Below are positions 49,237-62,085 of a DNA stretch of 64,000 bases, piece after piece. The notes beneath the pieces are model-generated. The model was given only the letters and a program-made list of their open reading frames with translations. It was not told where the DNA came from and ran no database searches. Source of the DNA: Eledone cirrhosa (Eukaryota); NCBI GenBank assembly GCA_964016885.1, contig OZ024750.1, forward strand, positions 5,456,001 through 5,520,000, read 5' to 3'. Numbering within the stretch: position 1 is the first letter of the stretch; every line of letters starts with the position of its first letter. The position numbers and the translations under genes were made by a program.

Positions 49237-49390
49237 AAAGTTGAGTAAGTTGATCTCAGTACACACCTGGTACTCATTCTATTGACACTATATGTGATAT
49301 ATTGATATACACACAAATGCACAGTTTCCATTTACCAAAGAGTACATCCTGCTCCACTATCTTTGGTTTAATTTGTAATTTAACCTTGTA

Positions 49391-49583
49391 ATAATTGTTT
49401 CTACTTTTGGCACAAGGCCAGCAATTATCTCAGTACATTACTGGTACTTTATTTTATCGACTCCGTAAGGATGAAAGGCAAAGTTAACCTCGGCAGGATT
49501 TGAACTCAGTCTGTAAAGGGACGTAACTCTATGCTGGAAAGCATGGCGTCCGACCCTTTACCAATACTGCCAAACCTCCGCCC
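49391..49583 (-). mobile_element. SINE family B, short-tail subfamily
   Basis: Near-identical to 2283-2470 and 59130-59320. Confidence 0.85.
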
Positions 49584-49879
49584 AATTTAATCTTGTAATG
49601 ATATACTTTAAAATGTTATGCTAAATCTCTTACTATATTTAATTTTGTCCTTTTACATTCTATCCTAATTTCAAATCCCAATTGAGTCAACTTTGACTTT
49701 CATGAAATGGAAGTAAAAAACAATCCATGGATGTAGTTATACTGTACACAAAGGAGAAATAATAACCACAACAACAACAACATTACTACATGGATATAGT
49801 TATAATAAACAAATGGGAGAAATAACTCTCTTTTATTCTTGGTCCCATAACTCCTGATAGAGTCATAGGGGTGCCGTAT

Positions 49880-50125
49880 TGACAGATGGGGTGTCTTGGG
49901 CATTTAAAACCTAGTGGAGCCCATCCATCTCCAGGTCTGAGTACAGCAGCAGATTTCTTCCAGAGAGAGGAAGAATCGACCCAGTACTAGACTGGTACTT
50001 TTTTTTATCGACCTTGAAAGGATGAAAGGCAAAGTTGACCTTGGCGGGATTTGAACTCAGAGAGCCGGAACGAATACCATAAAGCATTCTATCAAATGTT
50101 CTAACAACTCTACCAATTCACCACC
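49880..50125 (-). mobile_element. SINE family B variant with a different 3' tail
   Basis: The Nin-like motif is followed by a tail (CCCATCC.TCTCCAGGTCTGAGTA.AGCAG on +) that also appears at 61195-61450 in the opposite orientation. Confidence 0.65.
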
Positions 50126-52276
50126 TGAGAGAAATAACAACAACAACAAAAAGCTGGAACAGGTAAAAAGAGTAGTAAGGACACTATTTACTTTTGAATA
50201 AAACAAACACATTTTGAGACATTTCTATTAAATCATGACAGGATGTTAAGAGTTCATACAACAGTTATAACAGAAAATAGTCTGATATGCCACACTTACA
50301 TTGCTACATTCACTGCAAATCTACCCTCACCTTACTTTTAATATGATCGGTATCAACACTATTTTTAAGATTATGTTTTCTAAGAATAACATACAACATC
50401 TCTGGTAAGTAGCAAAAGTAAAACTATTTTCTTTGATGTTGTTTCTTATCCTACTCCTTCCTCCACCATAACCATTACACGATGGTGTTTATTTATATAT
50501 TTATTCAGTCATTTAGTATAGTTCTTTTTGTTATTTTTAGATAGCTTTAGTTTTCTGGTTAGTTCTATGGTCAACAAGTCTATTTAATCTTCTACAGTCT
50601 TGTTTGTGTGGGTGAATGTCTGACTGATGGTTGACATGACTAGCTGAAGGTCTTTAAGATAATTACTGATAAATAATTCAATAACCAGTAAAGTAAAACA
50701 AGCTGATTAAAATAGTGAAATTATGGAGTTTAGATAAGTTTCTATGCTGTTGGAAAATTTCTTTAGACTCATCATTATTCTTATAATAATCATCATCATC
50801 ATCTTATGTCTGTTTTCCATGTTTGCACGAGTTAGAAAGGTTCTTATTGTCTTAGTCAGTTCTTAAGCAGAGTTACTGCCCCATGATGAGACATGTTGGA
50901 GGAGCTCATTGGTTCTCATACAGTCAAAGTTTTGACAATTTCTACAGCTGGATGTCTTTTCTAAAACCAACCAGATTGCAAGAGCTGACTTACAGAAAGC
51001 CCCATTTACCAAAGCTCTTCATTATAGTACTTGGTACCATGAGGAGTCCAATTGCCCCTTGATCTCAAGCACACTGGTGATTCTTTTTCACAAAGAAGTT
51101 CACCTATATACTGAGGAGCAAGTCCATGGACAGCTTTGAATGTCAGTGGCAGAACTTAAAATGTTTTTTTGGCCTTTCTTTTCAGACACTGTGTATACAG
51201 GAGTACATTATACAATGTCTTTTTTTAGTAAGGTAGGGTGTAATTTAAAATAGATTTGGTTGCTGTAACTGACAGGTGGATCAACCACACAGAGGCTTCC
51301 CCTGTTTGCTCAACTTATAGCAACAATATTAATTCATGTAAACAGTCAGACATTTTTAACAGCAAAACGTTTGTGGAATCAAAATGTGTATCTATAAATA
51401 AGACTAACATTTGAAGTTAAACTTAGAAATATATTAAATGAATAATTTTAAAAATTGCAAATACAAACAATATCAAGTGTTTTAAGGCTATTTCCCCTGC
51501 TAAATCAGGGGTTAGCTTCACAGGGCTCCCATGACAAACTCCAGCCCCACTGTCTGCATACCACCCCCTTCACCAAGCCTCTGGTTTTCATTTCTTCCTC
51601 CATCATCCGTGTCTTTCTTGGTCTTCCTCTCTTTTTACTTGCTTCCACATTCCAAAACATCACTTCTCTTACCCCAGTCACTTTCATTTTTCCTCATGAC
51701 TCAATTCTAAGAATTCATAGCCAACATTTCTTTTGACTCACAAAAGTGTTGCCCTGCTTAATGCACTTCAATGTTTGGAACACATGAATGTATTAGCTGA
51801 TAGTGAGCTGCATAGTCAACTGCAGAACATTTCAACATTGCATTGCACAGCTAACAATAGAACATCTTAACATGTCATTCACTTTGAAAATAGTTCCTTG
51901 TTCAACAAGTGGTTAGGTTCTGGCAAATGTACACTACAACTCCTCATTAAGAAGAAAACAAACCAGAAGAACTTGTTATCTTTATTAGGAAATACAGATA
52001 CTTAAACAATAAAGATTTATTTCTTTGAGGGGAGAAGACTTATGGGTAATTGATGTAACCATTGGTATATTACTGGTATTTGTGCAATTGACTTAGAACA
52101 AATAAAAGTCAAATTGACTACAATGAAATTTCAACTATAAAGTTGTGATGTCTGCTCAGGTGGATGGTCGACTGTCACATGGAGTGTGAGTGGGTGTGAA
52201 GTGATTTTTATTTCAGAGGGGAGAGGCATGTGGGATAGTGGGTTGTGCAAAATTGAAAGAATGTAGTAATGTCACA

Positions 52277-52701
52277 TTAACCCTTTAGTATTTACATTAC
52301 TCTAGATATACTATTGTATTTTCACAGAAAAGGCTTTACCTCACATATTGAATCTATGAGATTTTGATATTATTTATTTTAAGAACAATACCTTAACATC
52401 AGTATGAGTGGCCAGTTACAGCCAGATTTGAACAGAAAGAAATGAGAGAATTCTGGCTGGATACGGCTGGTTTAACCCTTTAGCATTTAAACCGCCCATA
52501 TCCGGCCAGAATTCTCTCACATCTATCTGGTCAAACTGACCATAACTGGACGCTCAAACTAATGTTAAGGTATTGTTCTCAAAATAAATAACATCAAAAT
52601 CTCATAGATTCAATATTATGTAAGATAATTATGTGAGGTAAAGCCTTTACCATGAAAATATAATAGCAAATATAGAGTAACGTAAAATGCTAAAGGGTTA
52701 A
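52277..52701. mobile_element. Inverted dimer of MITE family C
   Basis: Copy 1 is 52281-52471, a central TTAA is at 52472-75, and copy 2 (52476-52697) is in the opposite orientation. Outer TTAA on both sides. Confidence 0.85.
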
Positions 52702-53134
52702 TAGAACGGCTGAAGACAGAGCTTTTTTTGTGTGATATCAGTGAAGCTGATAATGTGTATTTTTATAGGCCTCCTGCACAAATCTAATTTCTAGACAGAG
52801 TTGTGTGAGTATAATTCTTGGGTTGCACAATTAGATAAAGAGACAATTAATGAAGACTACTTAAGTTAAGTGATTTGTATTTTCCACAACACAAATTGTT
52901 CATTTTGCTACAGCAATGGCTATATGCCTGTCTTGTTCATTTTGCTACAGCAATGGCTACATGCTGTTCATAACACATCCGTAAAGTAGAAGACTAGACT
53001 GTAATAGGACTCACACACAACTCTAGAAAGATCTAATTTATAAAATATTGTCAGGATAAATACATAGAAACAGAGAAATTTAACATTTATAACATCAATA
53101 TACAAACACTCCCATCATAAACGTTTTATTTGTT

Positions 53135-53363
53135 TAACCATGATCATATTTAAATTGAAATACATTGTATTTAAACTTATTAAGAATTTGGAGGGATTTA
53201 TTAAAATTATTATTTTATTTTGAAGCTGGCTCTAACATAACAAAAGGTTCTTATATCAAATTGTATTCAAAGATCTTAATTTAGATAGAAACGTTTTAAA
53301 ATGGGTGGTTTCCATTCATAGAACCAGAGGTGGTTTTGGGTGGGTTGATATCAAAAGGATTAA
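53135..53363. mobile_element. MITE family D
   Basis: Ends GGGTTGATATCAAAAGGATTAA; the body is the reverse of 30858-31113. Confidence 0.55.
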
Positions 53364-53974
53364 TGGAATACTTTAAATTTCAATGGATTTTAGTTTTAGA
53401 ACACATCAATTTTATATCTTTTAAATACAAGAACTATAATAGATTAAAATATCCTCTTTATACATTTCAAACAAATATTTGACATTATAATGAACTTCTT
53501 TGATTATAGATAATTATCAGTAATATATATCAGGTATCATCATCATTTAATGTCCATTTTTCATTCTGGCATAGGTTAGACAGGACTTTTTGAAGCAATG
53601 TTTTACAGCAGGATTTCCTTCCTGTAACCAACCCTTTTAGTCCCTTCTTATGTCACGATGTACCTATTCTAAACCACATACACACATATCTAGCTAAGAA
53701 TAACCACTACAAGTGATGTGTTAGAATTGTGTGAGTTAAACTCATTGAAATACATTGCTATAGTAAATTAGCAGTGAGATAAGATTTTGACAAAATTATT
53801 GCATATATAGCAATGATAAAGCTGTTGGGAATACGACAAAAATCAATGACAATATTGTTGTCTAGACACTGTTCAGGTTTGATTGAGCAGACATTTCAGC
53901 TGTGATTATCTTATCTTTTATCTGGCTATAGTGTATCTAGGATTACACTGTTATGTTATATTGGATCTCTGTTG

Positions 53975-54260
53975 AATCTGACAAAGTATTCCAGTCGTTT
54001 GAACAATGGAACAGCTTTCTCATAAAATTAAAGTGAAAGTGGCTGAGCATTCTACATATATGTACAACTTTATTATAGTTCTCAGGGAGATTCAGCACGA
54101 CACCATGAGTGACAAGGCTGACCTTTTGAATTACAGGTACAACTCATTTTTTACCAGCTGAGTGAACTAAAGCAATGTGAAATAAAGTATCTTGCTCAAG
54201 AACACAAAGTGTTGCCAGGAATCGAATTCACAACTTAACAATGAAACCACATGCCTTCAT
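53975..54260 (-). mobile_element. SINE family D
   Basis: Colinear with 9850-10178 and 27375-27686. Confidence 0.7.
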
Positions 54261-55117
54261 GACTACATCAGCATGTATGTCCTCCTTATTTTAAGATGTT
54301 AAACTGTGATTTAAGGGAGATTTGACTGGTATTGTTAACAGGTCAAGCAACTGCGAAAAGAGTTAATGTTTAGCCTGTCGAAGATAATGTTGATAATAAA
54401 CGATTTAAGATTTATAATTAAAAACAAAAACAAGTGTTATAAAGAAGACAGCGTTAATGAGTTAATGCCCAACAGACTTTAACCCATTCACTGCCATATT
54501 TAATTATTGTGGAAATATAAGATGGCTGCTGTGTGTATGTGTGTGATTAGTCATAAAACATTTTCTGGATCCACCCACACTGAAATTTTCTATCTCCAGA
54601 TGCTATTCAGCTAAATGATATTTACTTTCCAACTTTTATTTTCCTTATAACTGCATATTGGCTGGCTGAAATGTTTATTTGGAAAGCTAGTTGTTCTGCT
54701 TGAATGACAGGTTTTAGTGAAAGTGGTAATAGTGATGATGGTGGTGGTGGGATACATAGATAAAATATGAATTCTGCATTGTAAAGAAATCTCTCGGAAT
54801 AATAAAAATAATTGAAATAAAAGCAACACTGTTGATGCTTTAGTGATACATCATTACATTTTTCTATAGGCAATTCAATGTTAAATAAATAAGCTACAAT
54901 CTAAATTTCAGTGAGACTACTCATTATTGAAAGACAAGAGCAGAAACGGAAGACTTCCCACAGCCCGAGGCAATCAAATTTATTGACATTCTATGAACTC
55001 AATCTTTTGACTGCCTACTCTTGACAAGGGAGAGAGTTAAAAATATAAATTATATTGCATTTGATGAACAATAAATGGTGTTGGTTAGAAGTATATTTAT
55101 ATAATATTCATATAACA

Positions 55118-55223
55118 AATTTAATATAGAAATGGCTTCTACAGGACTAGAATTGTTTCATTCGAAGGAAATCATGTATTGAGTACCTTACTTACTGTGC
55201 TTAGCTCTGATTGAACCCAGGAC
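55118..55223. mobile_element. Third copy of the hammerhead-bearing element, rearranged with an inverted end
   Basis: TAGAAATGGCTTCTACAGGACTAGAATTGTTTCATTCG is joined to ATGTATTGAGTACCTTACTTACTGTG (reverse complement of 10734-10759). It abuts (TA)n. Confidence 0.65.
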
Positions 55224-55574
55224 GCATATATATATATATATATGTATGTATTTGTGAGTAAATTATAATAATATAATAATAATATTAATATTCAGTTCAT
55301 TTGCAAGCAAACAGCCTCATTAATCCAAGACGACTAACGTCATCCTTTTGTTCCAGCGGTAGTAGAGAAAAACAATTTACAATTGTTTTGGGGTTATTGC
55401 CCCTTATCAAGATTGTGTATTTCTCTCTTTTCTGCTACACTGTGGACCTCCTGAGAATATATAGTATTCTCTAAAGTATACATCGGCTGATTAATCTAAT
55501 TTGCATACCGAGCAATTTTACAGCTGTGATGTTAAAATGTACCCAGTCTACTCTGTAAAGTGGTAGTGCTGGTG

Positions 55575-55818
55575 AGAGTTATCCTGTTGTGAGCAATGGC
55601 TGGTCAGGAGACCACGTCTTGCTCATACAGAACCGATTCTAGCTTGCTTTCTACAGCTGGATGCCCTTCCTAGTGCCAACCTCATTTAGAGTGAGTACTG
55701 GGTGCATGACCACTTTAAAGTGTGGGCTGGGCGCTTTTTGCTGTGTCACCATCACAACCACTTTATAGTGTGGGCTGGGTGCTTTTTGTCGTGACGCCAT
55801 CACAACCACTTTACAGTA
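55575..55818 (-). mobile_element. SINE family A 3' part with three internal units
   Basis: TTTCTACAGCTGGATGCCCTTCCTAG...GTGTGGGCTGGGTGCTTTTT units. Confidence 0.7.
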
Positions 55819-55974
55819 AATGTTGCTTAATTTTCAGACTTTAAAACCAGCTCTTCTATTTTTACTAAGTTCAATGTATAATTAATAGAATCACCAACCT
55901 TTGTGTCAATTACACTACTTTATAACAACTTTACTACTCTATAACAACTACACTACTTTATAACAACTGCGAAC

Positions 55975-56229
55975 ACCTTTACTGCGAAAATACAATAGTA
56001 AATATAGAGTAATGTAAATGGTAAAGGGTTAAACTGGCCAGAATTCTCTCACCTCTTTCTGTTCAAACCAGCTGTAACCAGCCACTTATACTGATGTTAA
56101 GGTATTATTCTCAAAATAAATATCAAAATCTCATAGATTCTATATTGCACAAGATAATTATGTGAGGTAAAGCCTTTACCGTGAAAATACAATAGTTAAT
56201 ACAGAGTAATGTAAATACTAATGGATTAA
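55975..56229. mobile_element. MITE family C, partial direct tandem
   Basis: One end segment, AAAGGGTTAA at 56024-56033, then a second near-complete copy. Confidence 0.7.
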
Positions 56230-56460
56230 ACTGACAAGAATTAAAATATATCATACGAGATATTGTATGTAAATCATTTAACACAGGTAGTAAGATAACC
56301 AGACTAACTCAGTTAATTTATGAAGAACAACAACTAACAACTCAATAAATCTGAAACATTAGCCATTTTTATTCTGTTTGTATATCTAGCAAGATGTGTG
56401 CAGCAAATAAAGTGCAGAGCATTATCATATGAGAGATGTAGAAATTTAAAAGAACTACAA

Positions 56461-56857
56461 GTCTATGTGTATGTATGTATGTGTGCATATGTGTATGTGT
56501 GTGAATGTATGTCTGTGCATGTGTATGTGTGTATGTGTGCATGTATGTATATGTGTATGTAAGTGTGCATGTATATGTATGCATGTATATGTGTAAGGGT
56601 GCATGTATGTATGTGTGTGTGTGTGCATGTGTTCATATGTGTATGTGTGCATGTATTTATATGTGTATGTGTGCATGTATGTATATGTATGCATATATTG
56701 ATATATGTGCACGTGTGTGTGTGCATGTATGTATATGTGTGCATGTATGTACGTATATGTATATGTACATGTATGTATATGTATGTGTATATATGTGTAT
56801 GTATATGTATGTACATATCTGTGTATATATATATATGTAGATGTGTATATGTGTATG
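56461..56857. repeat. Cryptic (TG/TA)n purine-pyrimidine microsatellite
   Basis: Seen directly. Confidence 0.9.
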
Positions 56858-57011
56858 CAAGAGAGCAGAGAGACGGCTGTAGAGCTGAGTAATTGGCTTA
56901 ATGAGACATGTACATAGCAACACTCCTTCCTAGCAGACAGTTCAGAGAATAAAACATAAACAAGACAAAGATTTATTGCCAGTTAAACATTTATGAAGTT
57001 TATTGTTACTG

Positions 57012-57512
57012 ACTGGATATGGCTCTTCTAGGGCGTCTCCCTCACCATCTTCTGGGGAAACGCCCTCCCTATTCTGTCTGCCGGGGTCACGGGTCCTTTA
57101 TTTGATCCTAATAGTGAGAGAGACGGAGGTAGCGTCTCCCTCACCATCTTCTGGGGAAACGCCCTCCCTATTCTGTCTGCCAGGGCCACAGGTCCTTTAT
57201 TTGCTCCTAATAGTGAGAGACAGAGGTAGCGTCTCCCTCACCATCTTCTGGGGGAAATGCCTTCCCTTATTGTCTGCCGGGGCCACGGGGCTGCCAGCAC
57301 GTGGGCCCTTATTTGCTCCTAATAGTGAGAGAGATGGAAGCAGTGTCTCCCTCATCATTCTCTGGGGAAACATCTTCTCTATTCTGTCTGCCGGAGCTGT
57401 GGGGGTGGCCAGCACATGGGCCCACATTTGCTCATAATAGTGAGAGATGGAGAGAGCAGGAGAGACGGAGGCAGTGAGAGTTTGGTTCCATTGTGTTCGG
57501 ACCTGGTGTATA
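57012..57512 (+). mobile_element. CRE-clade 3' end with four tandem units (periods 99, 97 and 114 bp)
   Basis: GCGTCTCCCTCACCATCTTCTGGGGAAA-type units at 57033, 57132, 57229 and 57343. It ends GTTCCATTGTGTTCGGACCTGGTG, as at 4688-4711. Confidence 0.75.
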
Positions 57513-57520
57513 TGTATATA

Positions 57521-57623
57521 CAGAGTGTCCCCCAAAAAATATATACACACTTTGATTACCTACATAAGCAATATTTATTAGAATGCTTTTAAAGTGTGCA
57601 TACATTTTTGGGGGGCCATCCTG
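57521..57623. mobile_element. Tc1/mariner-type MITE (~100 bp)
   Basis: TA-CAGAGTGTCCCCCAAAAAATATATACACACTTT ... AAAGTGTGCATACATTTTTGGGGGGCCATCCTG-TA: imperfect TIRs with TA flanks. Confidence 0.7.
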
Positions 57624-58339
57624 TATATAATTATTTACCACAGCACATTAACTGTATACTTCAAAGTGTTTTTATTACTTCACTTAAGCAAAACATGATA
57701 AAAAAGAAGATATTATCTATTTATTATTTTATCGGACACATGGATGTTGTTTTGTAAAGTGTAGTGGAGATTTAAATTGATTAAGTTAATCCCAGTAAAT
57801 AGTAGCAATTACCTACTTGATTGGTCCAAGACAGACAAGAGATTTTCAAATAGGGTACTAAACCGGATATTGTAAAGCAAAGCATTAAATCTCTCAACTG
57901 ACTATGCTACTATACTGTTGCACTATAGTGGCTCTTTATTTCTAATGATCATTTAGAAATTAGTAGAGTAAAATGGTTGGATAACATCCATAATCTCGCT
58001 TGGTCTCAGGAGTTGCTTTTGATAGGACTCTCGAGGAATGTATGTCTGACGACTACTCTGACCCCACGACCCTCTCAGGAATAAGTAGTAGTAGTAGTAG
58101 TGTCTTTAGACATGGTACTCAATCAAAGTAAATAAACAAAGGGTGCAGTATACCAGTTTATTAGTTATGTTAATAACTTAGCCATTCCTTGATTCACAGA
58201 GAACCATAGAGCCTGTGTTTAATTCTCCTTTCTGCAACATTAAATAGATGAGGGATAAATCTTCCCTTGGACAGTTTGCTAACTAATTTTCCTAGAAAAT
58301 AATATAGGGCCCATACAAAATATTTTCTGCATATCACCC

Positions 58340-58525
58340 ATCATCATTATCAACATCATTTTGACGTCCTTTTTTCCAAACTTGCATGGGTTGGATGGGT
58401 CCTTCTTAGCACAGAATCTTTCCACTCACTATATTCCTTTCTCCTCTCCTCTATGATTCTCACCACCTTTGTCCAGATCTTTCTTGGCCTACCTCTACAG
58501 TGGCTTCCTTCCACTGGGATTTCCT
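58340..58525 (-). mobile_element. Degraded RTE LINE 3' end
   Basis: The ORF ends RGRPRKIWTKVVR...THPTHASLEKRT. Confidence 0.75.
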
Positions 58526-58744
58526 GGCCCTGAAACAGTCTTACTGAAGCCTGGTTTAATTCCCTACCCTTTCTATAATGTATCACATGAGGGCGAAGTG
58601 GTAATGGGGAAGCTGGGTCAGGATTAGGTAAGTCTGTACCTGCCCAACCACACTCCCGATGACAAATACCAATTAACTTGTTCATGTCTTTCTTCTTCAG
58701 TGCTATTACTTCCTGGCCCACAGAACAAGGAATTCTAAATCCCC

Positions 58745-59322
58745 CTACCAGTACTTGACTGTTGCTATTTTATTGACCCTGGGATGATGAAAGGAAAATT
58801 TGTAACCTCAGAACATAAACAGCAGTAACAAATGCTATAAAGCATTTTATCCGATACACTGAATGAGTTTGTAAATCTCCCTCCCTGCAGCAACCACCCC
58901 TCTTCTCCTCCTCCTCCTACTAATAATGATTTCTACTTTAAGCACAAGGCCAGCAATTTCTGGGGAGCAGAAAGTCGATTAAATTGACCCCTGTGCATTA
59001 CTAATGCTTTATTTATCTACCACGTAAGGATGAAAGGCTAAACTAACCTCAGAACGTAAAGGGCCAGGACCTCTCTGTTACAAGCATGTTGTCCGATCCT
59101 CTACCGGTACTGCCAGTCTACTACCTTAATAATTGTTTCTACTTTTGGCACAAGGCCAGCAATTACCCAGTGCATTACTGGTACTTTATTTTATGGACCC
59201 CGTAAGGATGAAAGGCAAAGTTAACCTCGGTGGGATTTGAACTCGGACCATAAAGGGCCGTAACTCTATGCTGCAAAGCATGGCGTCCGACCCTCTACCG
59301 ATACTGCCAATCCACTGCCCTT
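58745..59322 (-). mobile_element. Cluster of three SINE family B copies
   Basis: Copies at ~58745-58860 (old), 58925-59126 and 59129-59320 (young). Confidence 0.8.
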
Positions 59323-59693
59323 AATAATAATAGTCTACTACCTTAATAATAATAATGATAATGATTTCTTTTAATTTTTATATTTCCATATAATTTTTAA
59401 TGATAATAACATTTTGTGAAAATGGCTAAAAATTTCCTTGCAATAAAAATGTAGGTAGTATATTTAATCAAGTCATTTTCAACTTGTCGGTGGTATTTAT
59501 TTTCTGAATTTATTTTCTTAAATCAGGAAGAATGAAAAGCAAAGTCAACTTGACCCAGGAAAAAATCTGCAAAAATGAAAGATGACCCAAAACTGCCCAC
59601 CTCTATTTACAATCTATGCTACATTTGCTATCTAAAAAGAGATCATCATAACAATCACTTATAGTGACAGAGTTGTGGAAATCCATAACTTCC

Positions 59694-59731
<38 letters not shown>

Positions 59732-59919
59732 AAAAAAAAGAGGAAATAGAATAAACAAAATGAGTATACTAATTACTAAAACAAACAAACGAGAATACAA
59801 AAAAAAAAATAAAACAACATAAAACAGACATGTTTATATCTATATATATATGGGAAGAAGTGGCCTACATGCCTTTACCATGCAAAACTCTCTGCAGTAG
59901 AAATAAATGCAGTAACAGC

Positions 59920-60184
59920 TGTCAGTAGTAGTAGACAGTCTAACTGCATCAGTTACAGACAATACATTGGCAGTAGTTATGGTAACAGTAATAGTAGTGG
60001 TGGTAGTAGTAATAGTAGTAACAATGCTAGTTACAGTTGTGGTAGTAACAGTAACAATGTTAGTTGCGGTAGTTTTGATAGTAGTAGTAGTAGTAGTAAC
60101 AATGCTAGTTACAGTTGTGGTGGTAATAGTAAGTTGTAATAGTAACAATGTTAGTTGCGGTAGTAGTAGTAGTAATGCTAGTTA

Positions 60185-60231
<47 letters not shown>

Positions 60232-60317
60232 ACAATGCTAGTTACAGTTGTGGTGGTAATAGTAAGTTGTAATAGTAACAATGTTAGTTGCGGTAGTAGT
60301 AGTAGTAATGCTAGTTA

Positions 60318-60352
<35 letters not shown>

Positions 60353-60745
60353 ACAATGCTAGTTACAGTTGTGGTGGTAATAGTAAGTTGTAATAGTAAC
60401 AATGTTAGTTGCGGTAGTAGTAGTAGTAATGCTAGTTATAGTAGTAGTAGTAATGCTAGTTGTAGTAGTAGTAATAGTACTAGTTACAGTAGTTTAGTTA
60501 GTAGTAGTAGCAATAGTAGTAATGCTAGTAATAGTAGTAGTAGTACAAGTAATAGTAGTAGTAGTACTAGTTACAGTAGTTTAGTTAGTAGTAGTAGTAA
60601 TGCTAGTTATAGTAGTAGTAGTAGTAATAGTAGTAGTAGTACAAGTAATAGTAGTAGTAGTACTAGTTACAGTAGTTTAGTTAGTAGTAGTAGTAATAGT
60701 AGTAGTAGTACTAGTTACAGTAGTTTAGTTAGTAGTAGTAGTCTC
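59920..60745. repeat. (AGT)n-derived cryptic repeat with higher-order units
   Basis: AACAATGCTAGTTACAGTTGTGGTGGTAATAGTAAGTTG recurs at ~60099, 60231 and 60352. TACTAGTTACAGTAGTTTAGTT recurs 4 times. Confidence 0.9.
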
Positions 60746-61035
60746 AACTGCATAGATAATTATAATAGTTAAGGTGATAGTGAAAGTTAATAAAATATTG
60801 ACAATAGTAGCACTAGTGGTGGCCAATGTCGCTGTAGTAGAGGTTGTAGTGGCAGGTAGAACAATAATAACAATAATAATAATGATGTTTAATTTAGGCA
60901 CAAGGCCAGCAATTTGAAGGGAGGGGAAAAGTCAATTGGATCAACCCCAGTATGTTACTGGTACTTTGTTTTTATTGACATTGGAAGTAAGTAAAGTGCC
61001 AATCTGAATCATTAGAACGTAGGATAGAATGCTTT

Positions 61036-61188
61036 ATGGGCGGAGGTGGTGAGAGCAGACCTCAGATCGCTGAAACTCACGGAGGAGATGACGAAGGACC
61101 GTGACAAGTGGAGAGATGCTGTGTTGAATAGGACCCATCCCACCCTTGCAAGCAGGGAAAAGTGGACGTATGATGATGATGATGATGA
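61036..61188 (+). mobile_element. Young RTE LINE 3' end (~150 bp)
   Basis: About 90% identical by eye to 17407-17569; (GAT)n tail. Confidence 0.9.
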
Positions 61189-61194
61189 TTCTGG

Positions 61195-61450
61195 CTCTCT
61201 GTTCTCTGAGTTCAAATCACGCTGAGGTCAACTTTGCCCTTCATCCTTTCGAGGTCAATAAAAAAAGTACCAGTCTAGTACTGGGGTCGATTTCAGTAGA
61301 TTCTTCCTCTATATCTCTTTCTCATTTCTTCTCTCTCACTTTGTATCTTTCTCTAGAAGAAATCTGCTCTACTCAGACCTGGAGAGGGATGGGCTCTGCC
61401 AGGTCAGACCTGGAGAGGGATGGGCTCTGCCAGGCTTTAAATGCCCAAGA
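61195..61450 (+). mobile_element. SINE family B variant with the alternative tail
   Basis: GAGTTCAAATC, the Nin-like motif, and a duplicated CAGACCTGGAGAGGGATGGGCTCTGCCAGG. Confidence 0.65.
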
Positions 61451-61570
61451 AACGTTGTATGTTAATATGGCGCCACTACGACTCTATCAAGAGTTACGGG
61501 CTTCACTCATCAGTTCAACCACAGTATGAAATGATGTCAATATTCCATGGAGTTCATTCACAGGATAATA

Positions 61571-62085
61571 CAAGGGCATGCTGAAAAATTCATAGGCTGA
61601 CTATGAAGGAGTGATGCTAGGGCTGTGAAATCTTGTATGCATTAATTTCAACTCTTCTTATTTCTTTCTAGGGAGTGTGTTGAAAAATAAACCTCATTTG
61701 GTCATTCCATGAGAGTATCTTGGTCAGCCTTTGAACTTTGCAGCTGACCCTCATATATTGTAGTGATGCTAGAGCTGTGAAATCTTGCATGCATTAATTT
61801 CAACTCTTCTTATTAATAACTGCATTGTTTCTTTCTAGGGACTGACTGTGTTGAAAAATAAACCTCATTTGGTCATTCCATGAGAGTATCTTGGTCAGCC
61901 TGGGAACTTTTCAGCTGACCCCCGTTCTTGGTCATTCCGTGAGAGTGAACATTTCAGCCGACCCTCGTTCTTGGTCATTCCATGAGAGTATCTTGGTCAG
62001 TCTATGAACATTTCAGCCGACTCTTGTACTTGGTCATTCTATGAGAGTATCTTGGTCAGCCTATGAACATTTCAGCTGACCCTCA
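61571..62085. mobile_element. Mariner-type MITE with a tandemly amplified right end
   Basis: TA-CAAGGGCATGCTGAAAAATTCATAGGCTGAC ... GTCAGCCTATGAACATTTCAGCTGACCCTCA-TA. The right TIR region is repeated about 5 times. Confidence 0.7.

Noticed and set aside
59840-60772. Ser-, Val- or Thr-rich ORFs resembling mucin or structural proteins
   Set aside because: Pure (AGT)n-derived repeat; no splice or composition evidence for coding.
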